Assembly (NCBI GenBank): GCA_003171335.1
Contig: PMYD01000025.1
Coordinates: 2,682 to 66,681 of the forward strand
DNA from: Phycisphaerales bacterium
GTDB taxonomy: Bacteria; Planctomycetota; Phycisphaerae; SM23-33; FEN-1343
Length of the DNA: 64,000 bases
Direction: 5' to 3'
Under the pieces are notes generated by a model. That model had not been told where the DNA came from, ran no database searches, and worked only from the letters and a program-made list of their open reading frames with translations. Of the stretch, positions 9,166 to 16,398 are shown one piece after another (the first letter of the stretch is position 1; the number at the start of each line of letters is the position of its first letter). The position numbers and the translations under genes were made by a program.

Positions 9166-9425
9166 GGATTCAACCCCGGAGGGGTTGATACAGCTCCAGC
9201 CCCGGGTTGGCGAAGACCGCGAAGCGGGCGCGCCTACCCGGGGAACAGGAGGCACCCAATTGCGTTCAACCCCGGCAGGGGTTGAATAGCTCCGTCTCGA
9301 ACCATTCTGCCCGCCGTCGTGCTATTCAACCCCTGCCGGGGTAGGAACCTGCGTCGGCGTCACCCAGGGTAGCCTCGCCGTGCTCGGCAACCCTGGGCTG
9401 GAGCTGTATCAACCCCTGCCGGGGT
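9166..9425. repeat. cluster of four palindromic hairpins of the TCAACCCCGGCAGGGGTTGA family within a larger ~260 bp inverted arrangement
   Basis: Hairpins near 9166, 9262, 9322 (imperfect) and 9399. The flanks GATACAGCTCCAGCCCCGGGTT (near 9185) and AACCCTGGGCTGGAGCTGTATC (near 9385) are inverted copies of each other. Intergenic between fba and the LysE-type gene. Confidence 0.7.
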
Positions 9426-9435
9426 TGAAAAAGAA

Positions 9436-10098
9436 CTAGCGGAAAAGATCGAAGCACTGCGACGTCGCCCCGTACAGGAAGCTGCCCGCGATCACGAAGA
9501 GCGCCAGCCCGCACAGGGCCAGGATGACGCGCTGGGATTTGGCGCCCAGCAGGGTGGACCCTTTAAACGTGGCGGTTGTCAGCAGCTCCAGCCAGACGGC
9601 ATCGCACATCCAGTGGATGATGCCGAAGGCGGCAAAGGCCATCAGGCCCAGGCTGCTGGCCTTGATAGCCAGGGCCAGGCCCACCGAGGCCCACCACAAG
9701 AGAAACAGCGGGTTCATGGCCGTCAGCACCAGGCCCACGAGGATGGGGCTGCGGGCGATCTTGGAGGCCGAGGAGCCGGAGCTCTTGGGCTGGGGATTTT
9801 TGAGCATGCCGACGGCCAGCCACAGCATCATGAGGCCGCCGACCAGGCCGATGGCGATTTTCACCGCCGGGATGTTCAGCACCTGCCCCACGCCCAGGAG
9901 GATGAGCGCCATCAGCGGGAATTCCACGATGCCGTGGCCGACGGCCATGCTCAGCCCCGCGTGCCGGCTGCGCGTGCCGGCGGCCAGGGCGGCGGCGGTC
10001 ATCGCGCCGGGCGAGATTACGCCCGAGAGCGACAGCACCACGGCCTGCAGCACCACCAGGGCGGTTTGGTTCCACGGCGTCGGTACGGTTGCAAGCAT
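9436..10098 (-). CDS. LysE/RhtB-type amino-acid exporter family membrane protein
   Basis: 220-aa polytopic membrane protein from a verified ATG (complement of 10096-10098). N-terminal ..VISPGAMT.. resembles the LysE-family SPGP motif, and size and TM pattern fit. Confidence 0.5.
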   Translation of the reverse strand: MLATVPTPWNQTALVVLQAVVLSLSGVISPGAMTAAALAAGTRSRHAGLSMAVGHGIVEFPLMALILLGVGQVLNIPAVKIAIGLVGGLMMLWLAVGMLKNPQPKSSGSSASKIARSPILVGLVLTAMNPLFLLWWASVGLALAIKASSLGLMAFAAFGIIHWMCDAVWLELLTTATFKGSTLLGAKSQRVILALCGLALFVIAGSFLYGATSQCFDLFR

Positions 10099-10216
10099 GT
10101 CGCCAGTTTAGAAGGAGCCGAGCAAATTCCAAATGCGAAATTCAAAAGGAACCGGACAGTGAGGCGAAGCCATGCGGCGCGAGGTGGCAAGCGTTGTAAG
10201 GTGGCATGCGTTGTAA

Positions 10217-10358
10217 GGTGGCATGCCCTCACGGCTGGGGCGAAGCCCCGGACGGGTGGGCATGGGTTTTCCATTTGCGCGAGGTCTTCCTTCTGCGCGG
10301 CAGACATGCCCACCCGCCTTGGCCGCCCAGGCGGCCTGCGGCGTGAGGGCATGCCACC
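10217..10358. repeat. nested-palindrome element, copy 2 of 3
   Basis: GGTGGCATGCCCTCACG..GACGGGTGGGCATG..CATGCCCACCCGCC..CGTGAGGGCATGCCACC. Preceded by a direct repeat GCGTTGTAAGGTGGCATGC x2. Sits between hydF stop and the LysE-type gene start. Confidence 0.85.
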
Positions 10359-10364
10359 TAATAC

Positions 10365-11597
10365 TTAACGGCCCTTCAATCGGTGGTACATCTCCAGCGC
10401 CGCCGGGAAGGGGCCGAGGGCCCGCTCGAGGATGCCCAGCGTATAGGCGATGGTCATGCCGTAATTGGCAACCGGCACGCCCGCCGCACGGCAGCGGAGC
10501 AGGCGCGAGAGCATCTCGCGGCGGTTCCACATGCAGGCACCGCAGTGGATGACGAGTTTGTAGGTCGAGAGGTCATCGGGGAAGTCGTGGCCCTGCACGT
10601 GCGTGAAGTCCATGGTGCCGCCGACATATTGCGTGAGCCAGCGCGGGATCTTCACGCGGCCGATGTCATCACCGATGGGGTGGTGGCTGCACGCCTCGGC
10701 CACCAGGATGCGGTCGCCGGGGCGGAGCTGCTCGATGGCCAGCGCACCCTCGACGAACACGTTCAAATCGCCCTTGGCGCGGGCGAAGACGATGGAGAAC
10801 GAGGTCAGCGGAATATCCTTGGGCGTGTCGCCGGCCACCTTGAGAAAACCCTGGGAATCGGTCACGACCAGGGCGGGGGGGCGCTTGAGCCGGTCCAGGG
10901 CATCGCGCAGCTCGCGCTCCTTGACGACCAGGCAGTACGCATCCACATCCAGCACATCGCGGATGGCCTGCACCTGCGGCAGGATGAGCCGGCCCTTGGG
11001 GGCCTCCAGGTCGATGGGCACGACCAGCATGACCAGCTCGCCCGCGCGCACGAGGTCGCCGATGATGGCCGGGGCGTTGATGAAATCCTCCGGCGCGGCC
11101 TTGATGAGCGCCTCGCGCAGGTCCAGGATGCCCTCGCCCTTGGAGGCGACGGTGTGGACGATGGGAATCTTCCTGCCCTTGAGGTCCTTCAGGAGCGCCG
11201 CATCGGGCTTTCCCAGGTCGGACTTGTTGAACACGACGATGGCCGGGGTCTTTCGCTCCGCCAGCTCGGCCAGGATGGCCTGTTCAAACGGACCCCACTC
11301 GCCGGCGGCCGTGACGAGGATGCCGACATCCGTGCGGTCGAACACCTGCCGCGTGCGCTTGACCCGCAGCTCGCCCAGCACGCCCACATCGTCGATGCCG
11401 GCGGTGTCGATGAACAGCACCGGGCCGATGGGCAGCAGCTCCATGGGCTTTTCCACCGGGTCGGTGGTCGTGCCGGCGATCTCCGAGACGATCGACACCG
11501 CCTGGCGGGTCATGGCGTTCAAGAGCGAGCTCTTGCCGACATTCCGCCGGCCGAAGATGCCGATGTGCAGACGAAAACCTTTGGGAGTACTTCTCAT
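10365..11597 (-). CDS. hydF: [FeFe]-hydrogenase maturation GTPase HydF
   Basis: N-terminal GTPase P-loop GIFGRRNVGKSSLLNA. C-terminal HydF cluster-binding motifs ..EACSHHPIGDD.. and ..IHCGACMWNRRE.. (CxH...HCxxC). The track's start 11603 is TTG; the ATG two codons in (complement of 11595-11597, MRSTPKGF...) is more likely. Confidence 0.85.
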   Translation of the reverse strand: MRSTPKGFRLHIGIFGRRNVGKSSLLNAMTRQAVSIVSEIAGTTTDPVEKPMELLPIGPVLFIDTAGIDDVGVLGELRVKRTRQVFDRTDVGILVTAAGEWGPFEQAILAELAERKTPAIVVFNKSDLGKPDAALLKDLKGRKIPIVHTVASKGEGILDLREALIKAAPEDFINAPAIIGDLVRAGELVMLVVPIDLEAPKGRLILPQVQAIRDVLDVDAYCLVVKERELRDALDRLKRPPALVVTDSQGFLKVAGDTPKDIPLTSFSIVFARAKGDLNVFVEGALAIEQLRPGDRILVAEACSHHPIGDDIGRVKIPRWLTQYVGGTMDFTHVQGHDFPDDLSTYKLVIHCGACMWNRREMLSRLLRCRAAGVPVANYGMTIAYTLGILERALGPFPAALEMYHRLKGR

Positions 11598-11603
11598 GTT
11601 CAA

Positions 11604-11784
11604 TCCTGCGGCGGGGCTCTTTTAACCCCTCTCCCTCAGGGAGAGGATGGCCCGAAGGGCCAGGTGAGGGTGTCGCCAATGGGTGAACTTCCCTTTTGCG
11701 ATCACCCTCACCCGGCTTCGCTGAAGCTACGCCGGGCAAGCCGGGCCTGACGGCCCACCTCCCCCATCCAGGGGGAGGGGTTTT
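11604..11784. repeat. three GC-rich hairpins in the hydF / aspA-like intergenic spacer
   Basis: CCTCTCCCT-CA-GGGAGAGG; GGTGAGGGTG..(32 nt)..CACCCTCACC; CCTCCCCCATCCAGGGGGAGGGG. Read directly. Confidence 0.6.
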
Positions 11785-13176
11785 TCAAGACCCCAGCCGG
11801 GTTACGTTTTCCGGACTGATCAGCTTATCAAATTCCTCGCCGGTCAAGATGCCTTGCTCGATGACCACCTCGCGCACGCTGCGGCCGCTGCGGCCGGCAT
11901 CGAGGGCGATTTGCTGGGCGGCGGGGTAGCCGATTCTCTCGACCAGGGCGGTTACAGCCGCCGTGGCGGAGCGGACCTGGGCGCTGCAGCGGTCGCGGTC
12001 GGCCTCGATGCCCTCAACGCACAGCCGGCGGAAGATGGAGCAGGCGGCGGTGAGGAGCTGGAGGCTTTCGAGCAGGCAGTCGGCGATGAGGGGCACGAAG
12101 GCGTTGAGTTCCAGCGAGCCCAGACTGGCGGCCTGGGCGATGGCCTGGTCGTTGGCCATGACGCGGATGGCCGCCTGCGTGACCGCCTCGGGGATGACCG
12201 GGTTGACCTTGCCGGGCATGATGGATGAACCCGCCTGGCGCGCGGGCAGGCGAATCTCCCCGAGGCCGGCCTGCGGACCGGAAGAGAGCCACCGCAGATC
12301 CGTGGAAACTTTTACGAGGCTGGTCGCCAGGGCTTTCAAAATTCCGCTGACCTCGACGAACGCATCCACATTCTGCGTGGCCTCGACGAGATTCTCCGCC
12401 CGCGCCAGACCCAGGCCGGTGATATCGCGCAGATGCTCCACGGCGCGGAAGATGAACTGCCGCGGGGCGCCCAGCCCTGTGCCGATGGCTGTACCGCCCA
12501 GGTTCACCACGCGCAGCCGCTCTTCGCACTTGTACACCCGCCAGCGGTCGCGGCTGAAGGCCTCGGCATAGGCGGACATCTCGCGGCCCAGCGTGGTCAA
12601 GACGGCATCCTGCATCTGCGTGCGGCCGACTTTGACCACATCGGCCAGGGCCTTCTCCTGAACCTGGAAGGCCTCGAGCAGGGCGGTGATCTCGCGTTCC
12701 AGGTCGCGCAGCATGCGGATGGCCGCGACTTTGAGCGCTGTGGGGTACGTGTCGTTGGTGGACTGGTGCAGGTTCAGGTCATCCAGCGGGCTGATGGCCT
12801 CGTAATCGCCGAGCTTGCGGCCGAGAATCTGCAGCGCGCGATTGGCCAGCACCTCGTTCACGTTCATATTGGTCGATGTGCCGGCCCCGCCCTGGAGGGC
12901 ATCGACGCGGATATGCTCATCCAGCAAGCCCTCGGCCATCTCCGCGCACGCCTGCTCAATGGCGATGCTCTTGGCATCGTCCCACTTGCCCAGCTCGTGA
13001 TTCGTCCGCGCGCACGCCAGCTTCACCGCGCCAAAGGCCCGGATGAGCTGAGGATGTATGGGTCTTCCGCTGAGAGGAAAATTTTCCAGGGCGCGTTCGG
13101 TATAAATGCCGTGGAGTGCGCCGGCGGGAACCTCGCGCTCGCCGAGGAGGTCTTTTTCTGTGCGGAAGTCAGCCAC
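11785..13176 (-). CDS. aspartate ammonia-lyase-like class II lyase (aspartase/fumarase superfamily), sitting between hydG and hydF
   Basis: Motifs TEKDLLGEREVPA, QGGAGTSTNMNVNEVLAN, HQSTNDTYPTA, GRTQMQDAVLTTLG, and signature GSSIMPGKVNPVIPE (the aspartase-like KVNPV(I/V)PE rather than fumarase KVNPTQCE). The track start 13212 is TTG inside a heptamer repeat; the GTG at complement 13174-13176 gives a canonical N-terminal length. Confidence 0.8.
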   Translation of the reverse strand: MADFRTEKDLLGEREVPAGALHGIYTERALENFPLSGRPIHPQLIRAFGAVKLACARTNHELGKWDDAKSIAIEQACAEMAEGLLDEHIRVDALQGGAGTSTNMNVNEVLANRALQILGRKLGDYEAISPLDDLNLHQSTNDTYPTALKVAAIRMLRDLEREITALLEAFQVQEKALADVVKVGRTQMQDAVLTTLGREMSAYAEAFSRDRWRVYKCEERLRVVNLGGTAIGTGLGAPRQFIFRAVEHLRDITGLGLARAENLVEATQNVDAFVEVSGILKALATSLVKVSTDLRWLSSGPQAGLGEIRLPARQAGSSIMPGKVNPVIPEAVTQAAIRVMANDQAIAQAASLGSLELNAFVPLIADCLLESLQLLTAACSIFRRLCVEGIEADRDRCSAQVRSATAAVTALVERIGYPAAQQIALDAGRSGRSVREVVIEQGILTGEEFDKLISPENVTRLGS

Positions 13177-13191
13177 AGTCGGGGACTCCAA

Positions 13192-13500
13192 ATTCCAAAT
13201 TCCAAATCCCAAATCCCAAACAACGGTTCGACCGCCCTGAGCGGCTCACCGCCGAAGGGGCTCCAAATCCCAAATTCCAAAGGGGAGCAAACATCCCGGT
13301 GCCACGGCTGCGTTGTTTGCAGCCGTGCGCTGTGTGAGTCGGTAAACGAGAGGTTCCTTGGCTTCCGCAGGACCTCTGGCAGCGCTGCCAGGTCTTGGCG
13401 CACGGCTGCAGAAGGCGCAGCCGTGGCACCAGGGACGTTTTGTTCCCATTTGGAATTTGGTGCTTGGGATTTGTTTGGGATTTGGAATTTGGGATTTGGG
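13192..13500. repeat. composite palindromic element: (CCAAATT/CCAAATC)n heptamer arms flanking an inverted pair of GTGCCACGGCTG..CAGCCGTGCGCT hairpins
   Basis: Left arm 13192-13225 and 13262-13280. Hairpins 13298-13332 and 13398-13430. Right arm 13442-13500 (GGAATTTGG..GGGATTTGGGATTTC). Lies between hydG stop and the aspA-like start. Confidence 0.8.
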
Positions 13501-13506
13501 ATTTCT

Positions 13507-14913
13507 TCACAGGTAGAGGTCCCTTTCCTGCGTCTCCCGAATCCGGCGCATTCTCTCTACAAGCTGGGTTTTGCCGGGATCCTCGGGCATCTTCTCAAGC
13601 TCGGCCGCGACCAAACGCTCGCCGGCCGTCCGCGTGGCGGGGGAGGCGTAATCGACGAGATACTCCTCCAGCGTGGTCAGCGCGTTGGGCGTGCACAGCC
13701 GCTGGATGAAGCCGGGGATGGCGAACTCCATGAAATGCTCGCCCGTGCGGCCCAGGCGGTAGCAGGAGGTGCAGAAGCTGGGGATGTAGCCATCATCCAG
13801 CAGCTCGCGCATCACGCGGTCGAGCGAGCGGACATCGCCCAGCTCGAACTGCTCGCGCTCCATCACCTGGGCATCGCCCGCCTCGGTGTAGCCGCCGATC
13901 TCGATGCGGCTGCCGGCGTCGATCTGGGAGACCCCAAAGGCCATCACCTCGCGCCGCAGCGCCGCCGGCTCGCGGGCGGTGAGGATCAGCCCGGTATAGG
14001 GGACGGATAACCGCAGGATGGCGATCAGCCGCTTGAACTGCTCATCATCGACGGCGTAGCGGCTGTCCAGGTCCGTGCCGGCGGCGGGGCGCAGGCGCGG
14101 GAAGCTGATCGTGTGCGGGCCGACGCCGTGGCGGTGCTGGAGGTACAGGGCGTGGCTGACCAGGCCGAGCACCTCGAAGCGCCAGTCGGCCAGGCCGAAA
14201 AGCGCGCCGATGCCCACATCGTCGCAGCCGGCATCCATGGCGCGGCTCAAGGCATCCAGCCGCCAGAGATAGTCGCCCTTGCGCGTGCCCGCCGGGTGCC
14301 ACTGGGCGTAGGCGCCGTGGTGGTAGGTCTCCATGAAGATCTGGTACGTGCCGATGCCGGCGGCTTTGACGAGGCGGTAGCCCTCGACATCCAGAGGGGC
14401 GGCGTTGATGTTCACGCGGCGGATCTCGCCGTGGCCGAGGCGCACCTCGTACACCTGCTTCACGCAGTCGGCGATGTAGGCGGCGTCGTACCGCGGGTGC
14501 TCGCCAAAGACCAGGATCGTCCGCTTGTGGCCCACGCGGACCATCGCCTCGACCTGCCGGCGGAGCTCCTCGGGACTCAGCGTGCGGCGGACCGAGGCGC
14601 GATTGGAGCAGCGGAAGCCGCAGTAGCCGCAGTCGTTGACGCAGTCGTTGCCGATGTAGAGCGGGGCAAAGAGCACGATGCGATTGCCGTACACATCGCG
14701 CTTGAGTTGCCTGGCGGCGGCGTAGATCTCCTCGATCAACTCCCGCTGCTCCGCGCGGAGCAGCACCGCTGTCTCCTCGACGGCCAGCGGCTGCTTCTCC
14801 AGGCTCTTGGCGATGATCTCGCGGACTTGGTCTGCCGCGGGGGCCTTGCCGGCCAACAGGCCCGACAGGTGGGCGTCGTCGATGAAATCGCTCGCCCGCT
14901 CATTCATTTTCAT
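13507..14913 (-). CDS. hydG: [FeFe]-hydrogenase maturase HydG (radical SAM tyrosine lyase)
   Basis: Radical SAM motif CVNDCGYCGF (CxxxCxxC). C-terminal HydG-specific CTSC-x22-C (..SFCTSCYRLGRTGEHFMEFAIPGFIQRLCTPNA..). ThiH-like overall. Start ATG at the complement of 14911-14913 (MKMNERASDF), or the next ATG at 14905-14907. Confidence 0.85.
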   Translation of the reverse strand: MKMNERASDFIDDAHLSGLLAGKAPAADQVREIIAKSLEKQPLAVEETAVLLRAEQRELIEEIYAAARQLKRDVYGNRIVLFAPLYIGNDCVNDCGYCGFRCSNRASVRRTLSPEELRRQVEAMVRVGHKRTILVFGEHPRYDAAYIADCVKQVYEVRLGHGEIRRVNINAAPLDVEGYRLVKAAGIGTYQIFMETYHHGAYAQWHPAGTRKGDYLWRLDALSRAMDAGCDDVGIGALFGLADWRFEVLGLVSHALYLQHRHGVGPHTISFPRLRPAAGTDLDSRYAVDDEQFKRLIAILRLSVPYTGLILTAREPAALRREVMAFGVSQIDAGSRIEIGGYTEAGDAQVMEREQFELGDVRSLDRVMRELLDDGYIPSFCTSCYRLGRTGEHFMEFAIPGFIQRLCTPNALTTLEEYLVDYASPATRTAGERLVAAELEKMPEDPGKTQLVERMRRIRETQERDLYL

Positions 14914-14976
14914 GCTTGCCAGAACACCCATACTACACCTTGCCTTGCTACACATTCGAAAAGGATCAAGTTCTTA

Positions 14977-15098
14977 GGTGCCACGGCTGTCCGCAGCCGT
15001 GCGCTGTGCGGACAACAGGGCAACCGGTTCGCTGGCTTCCAGCGGACCTTTCCGCGTTCTGGTCATTCCAGCGCACGGCTGCGGACAGCCGTGGCACC
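14977..15098. repeat. inverted pair of GGTGCCACGGCTGTCCGCAGCCGTGCGCT hairpins separated by ~65 bp
   Basis: First hairpin 14977-15006, second (inverted copy) 15070-15098. The stop of the REC-HK gene (15063) falls between them, so the second hairpin encodes that protein's last ~11 residues. A near-identical pair occurs at 42736..42860. Confidence 0.85.
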
Positions 15099-16238
15099 GG
15101 GGACTAGACCGGGGACCAGACTCTTGCCCAACGTCACCGTAAACGTGGTGCCCACGTCCGCCTGGCTGGTGGCGGCCACATCGCCGTCGTACAGGGCGGC
15201 GAGTTTCTTCACGATGGACAGGCCCAGGCCGCTGCCGACGATCCGCCGCGTCTTGTCGTTGCGGATGCGGCCGAATTCGGTGAACAGCTTGCCGATTTCC
15301 TCGGCCGACATGCCGATACCCGTGTCGGCCACGGCCAAGGTGACGGCCGCCGCCGACTGGCCGATCTGGACATCCACGCGGCCGTCGGGGCGGTTGTACT
15401 TGATCGCGTTGGAGATCAGGTTGTTCAGGATGATCTCCAGCTCCTGCCGGTCGGCCGTCATCACGGCCCCAGAGCCGGCCAGAGACACCGTCACGCCGGC
15501 CTCGCTGGCTTGGCCGGCGAAACTCTCGACGACCTCCGCCGCCACGGCCGCCACATCCAGCTCGACCAGCTCGCGTTTCATCTGGCCCGACTCGATCCGA
15601 GTCAGGTCCAGCAGGTCCTGGATGAGCTTGCGCATGGCGGTCAAACGGAACAGCGAGCGATCGAGCATCTGGTCGTACGTGGCTTGGTCGCTACCCGCCT
15701 GGCGGTGCAGAACGATCCGCAGGTAGCCCTCGATGGCGCCGATGGGGGCCTTGAGCTCGTGGGCCAGCACGGAAAGAAACTGGAAGCGCACCTGACGCTT
15801 CTCCTGGGCCAGCCGGCGGGCCTCGCGCTGGAGCAGCAGGTGCTTGGCCGCCTTGCGCACCGCGCCTTTGAGTTCATCGGGCGTGAAGGGTTTGGCAAGA
15901 AAGTCGTACGCGCCGCGCTTCGTGGCGGCCACGGCCGTGTCGAGCGAGGCGTAGGCGGTGATCATCACCGTCAGCACGTCCTGCTCGCCATCGGCCAGCT
16001 TACCCAGCACGTCCAAACCGCTCATGCCCGGCAGCTTGTGGTCCAGCAGCAGGATGTCAGGGGCCTGGGACGCGATCGACTCGAGCGCCTGCTCGCCGGT
16101 GGCCGCCTCGGCGACTTCAAAGTGCACGTCCCCGTTGATTTCGCGCAAGCGGACGGTGAAATCGCGCAGCGCCCGCTTAACGCCTTGGCGCATGCCAGGC
16201 TCATCGTCGACCACGAGGACTTGAAGGGGGCTGTTCAT
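15063..16238 (-). CDS. hybrid two-component protein: N-terminal receiver (REC) domain fused to HisKA/HATPase histidine kinase
   Basis: Verified ATG (complement of 16236-16238): MNSPLQVLVVDDEPGMRQGVKRAL... REC features: DD pair, ..LLLDHKLPGMSG.., K in ..FLAKPF... HisKA H-box ..LAHELKAPIGAIEGY... HATPase ..DTGIGMS.., ..GSGLGLSIVKK... Confidence 0.75.
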   Translation of the reverse strand: MNSPLQVLVVDDEPGMRQGVKRALRDFTVRLREINGDVHFEVAEAATGEQALESIASQAPDILLLDHKLPGMSGLDVLGKLADGEQDVLTVMITAYASLDTAVAATKRGAYDFLAKPFTPDELKGAVRKAAKHLLLQREARRLAQEKRQVRFQFLSVLAHELKAPIGAIEGYLRIVLHRQAGSDQATYDQMLDRSLFRLTAMRKLIQDLLDLTRIESGQMKRELVELDVAAVAAEVVESFAGQASEAGVTVSLAGSGAVMTADRQELEIILNNLISNAIKYNRPDGRVDVQIGQSAAAVTLAVADTGIGMSAEEIGKLFTEFGRIRNDKTRRIVGSGLGLSIVKKLAALYDGDVAATSQADVGTTFTVTLGKSLVPGLVPGATAVRSRALE

Positions 16239-16260
16239 AGTGAGTGCCTCTGTTCTTTTC

Positions 16261-16397
16261 GATTTCAAATTTCAAATTTCAACTTTGGTGGCACAGGCTT
16301 TCCAGCCTGTGGATTCTGGCCGTCACAGGCTGGAAAGCCTGTGCCACCACTCCCGCTGTTTCCGGCAGTTAAATTTGAAATTTGAAATTTGAAATCC
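16261..16397. repeat. palindromic element: (TTTCAAA)n heptamer arms flanking two inverted GGTGGCACAGGCT-TTCC-AGCCTGTGG hairpins
   Basis: Left arm GATTTCAAATTTCAAATTTCAACTTTGG (16261-16286). Hairpins 16287-16312 and 16324-16350. Right arm AGTTAAATTTGAAATTTGAAATTTGAAATCC (16367-16397). Lies between the HydS-HK stop and the REC-HK start. Confidence 0.85.
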
Positions 16398-16398
16398 C

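Noticed and set aside
9166-9425. Possible CRISPR array (repeated ~22-bp units with intervening sequence)
   Set aside because: The units are self-complementary palindromes, spacing is irregular (~60-96 bp), the flanks are inverted copies of each other, and no cas genes are present.
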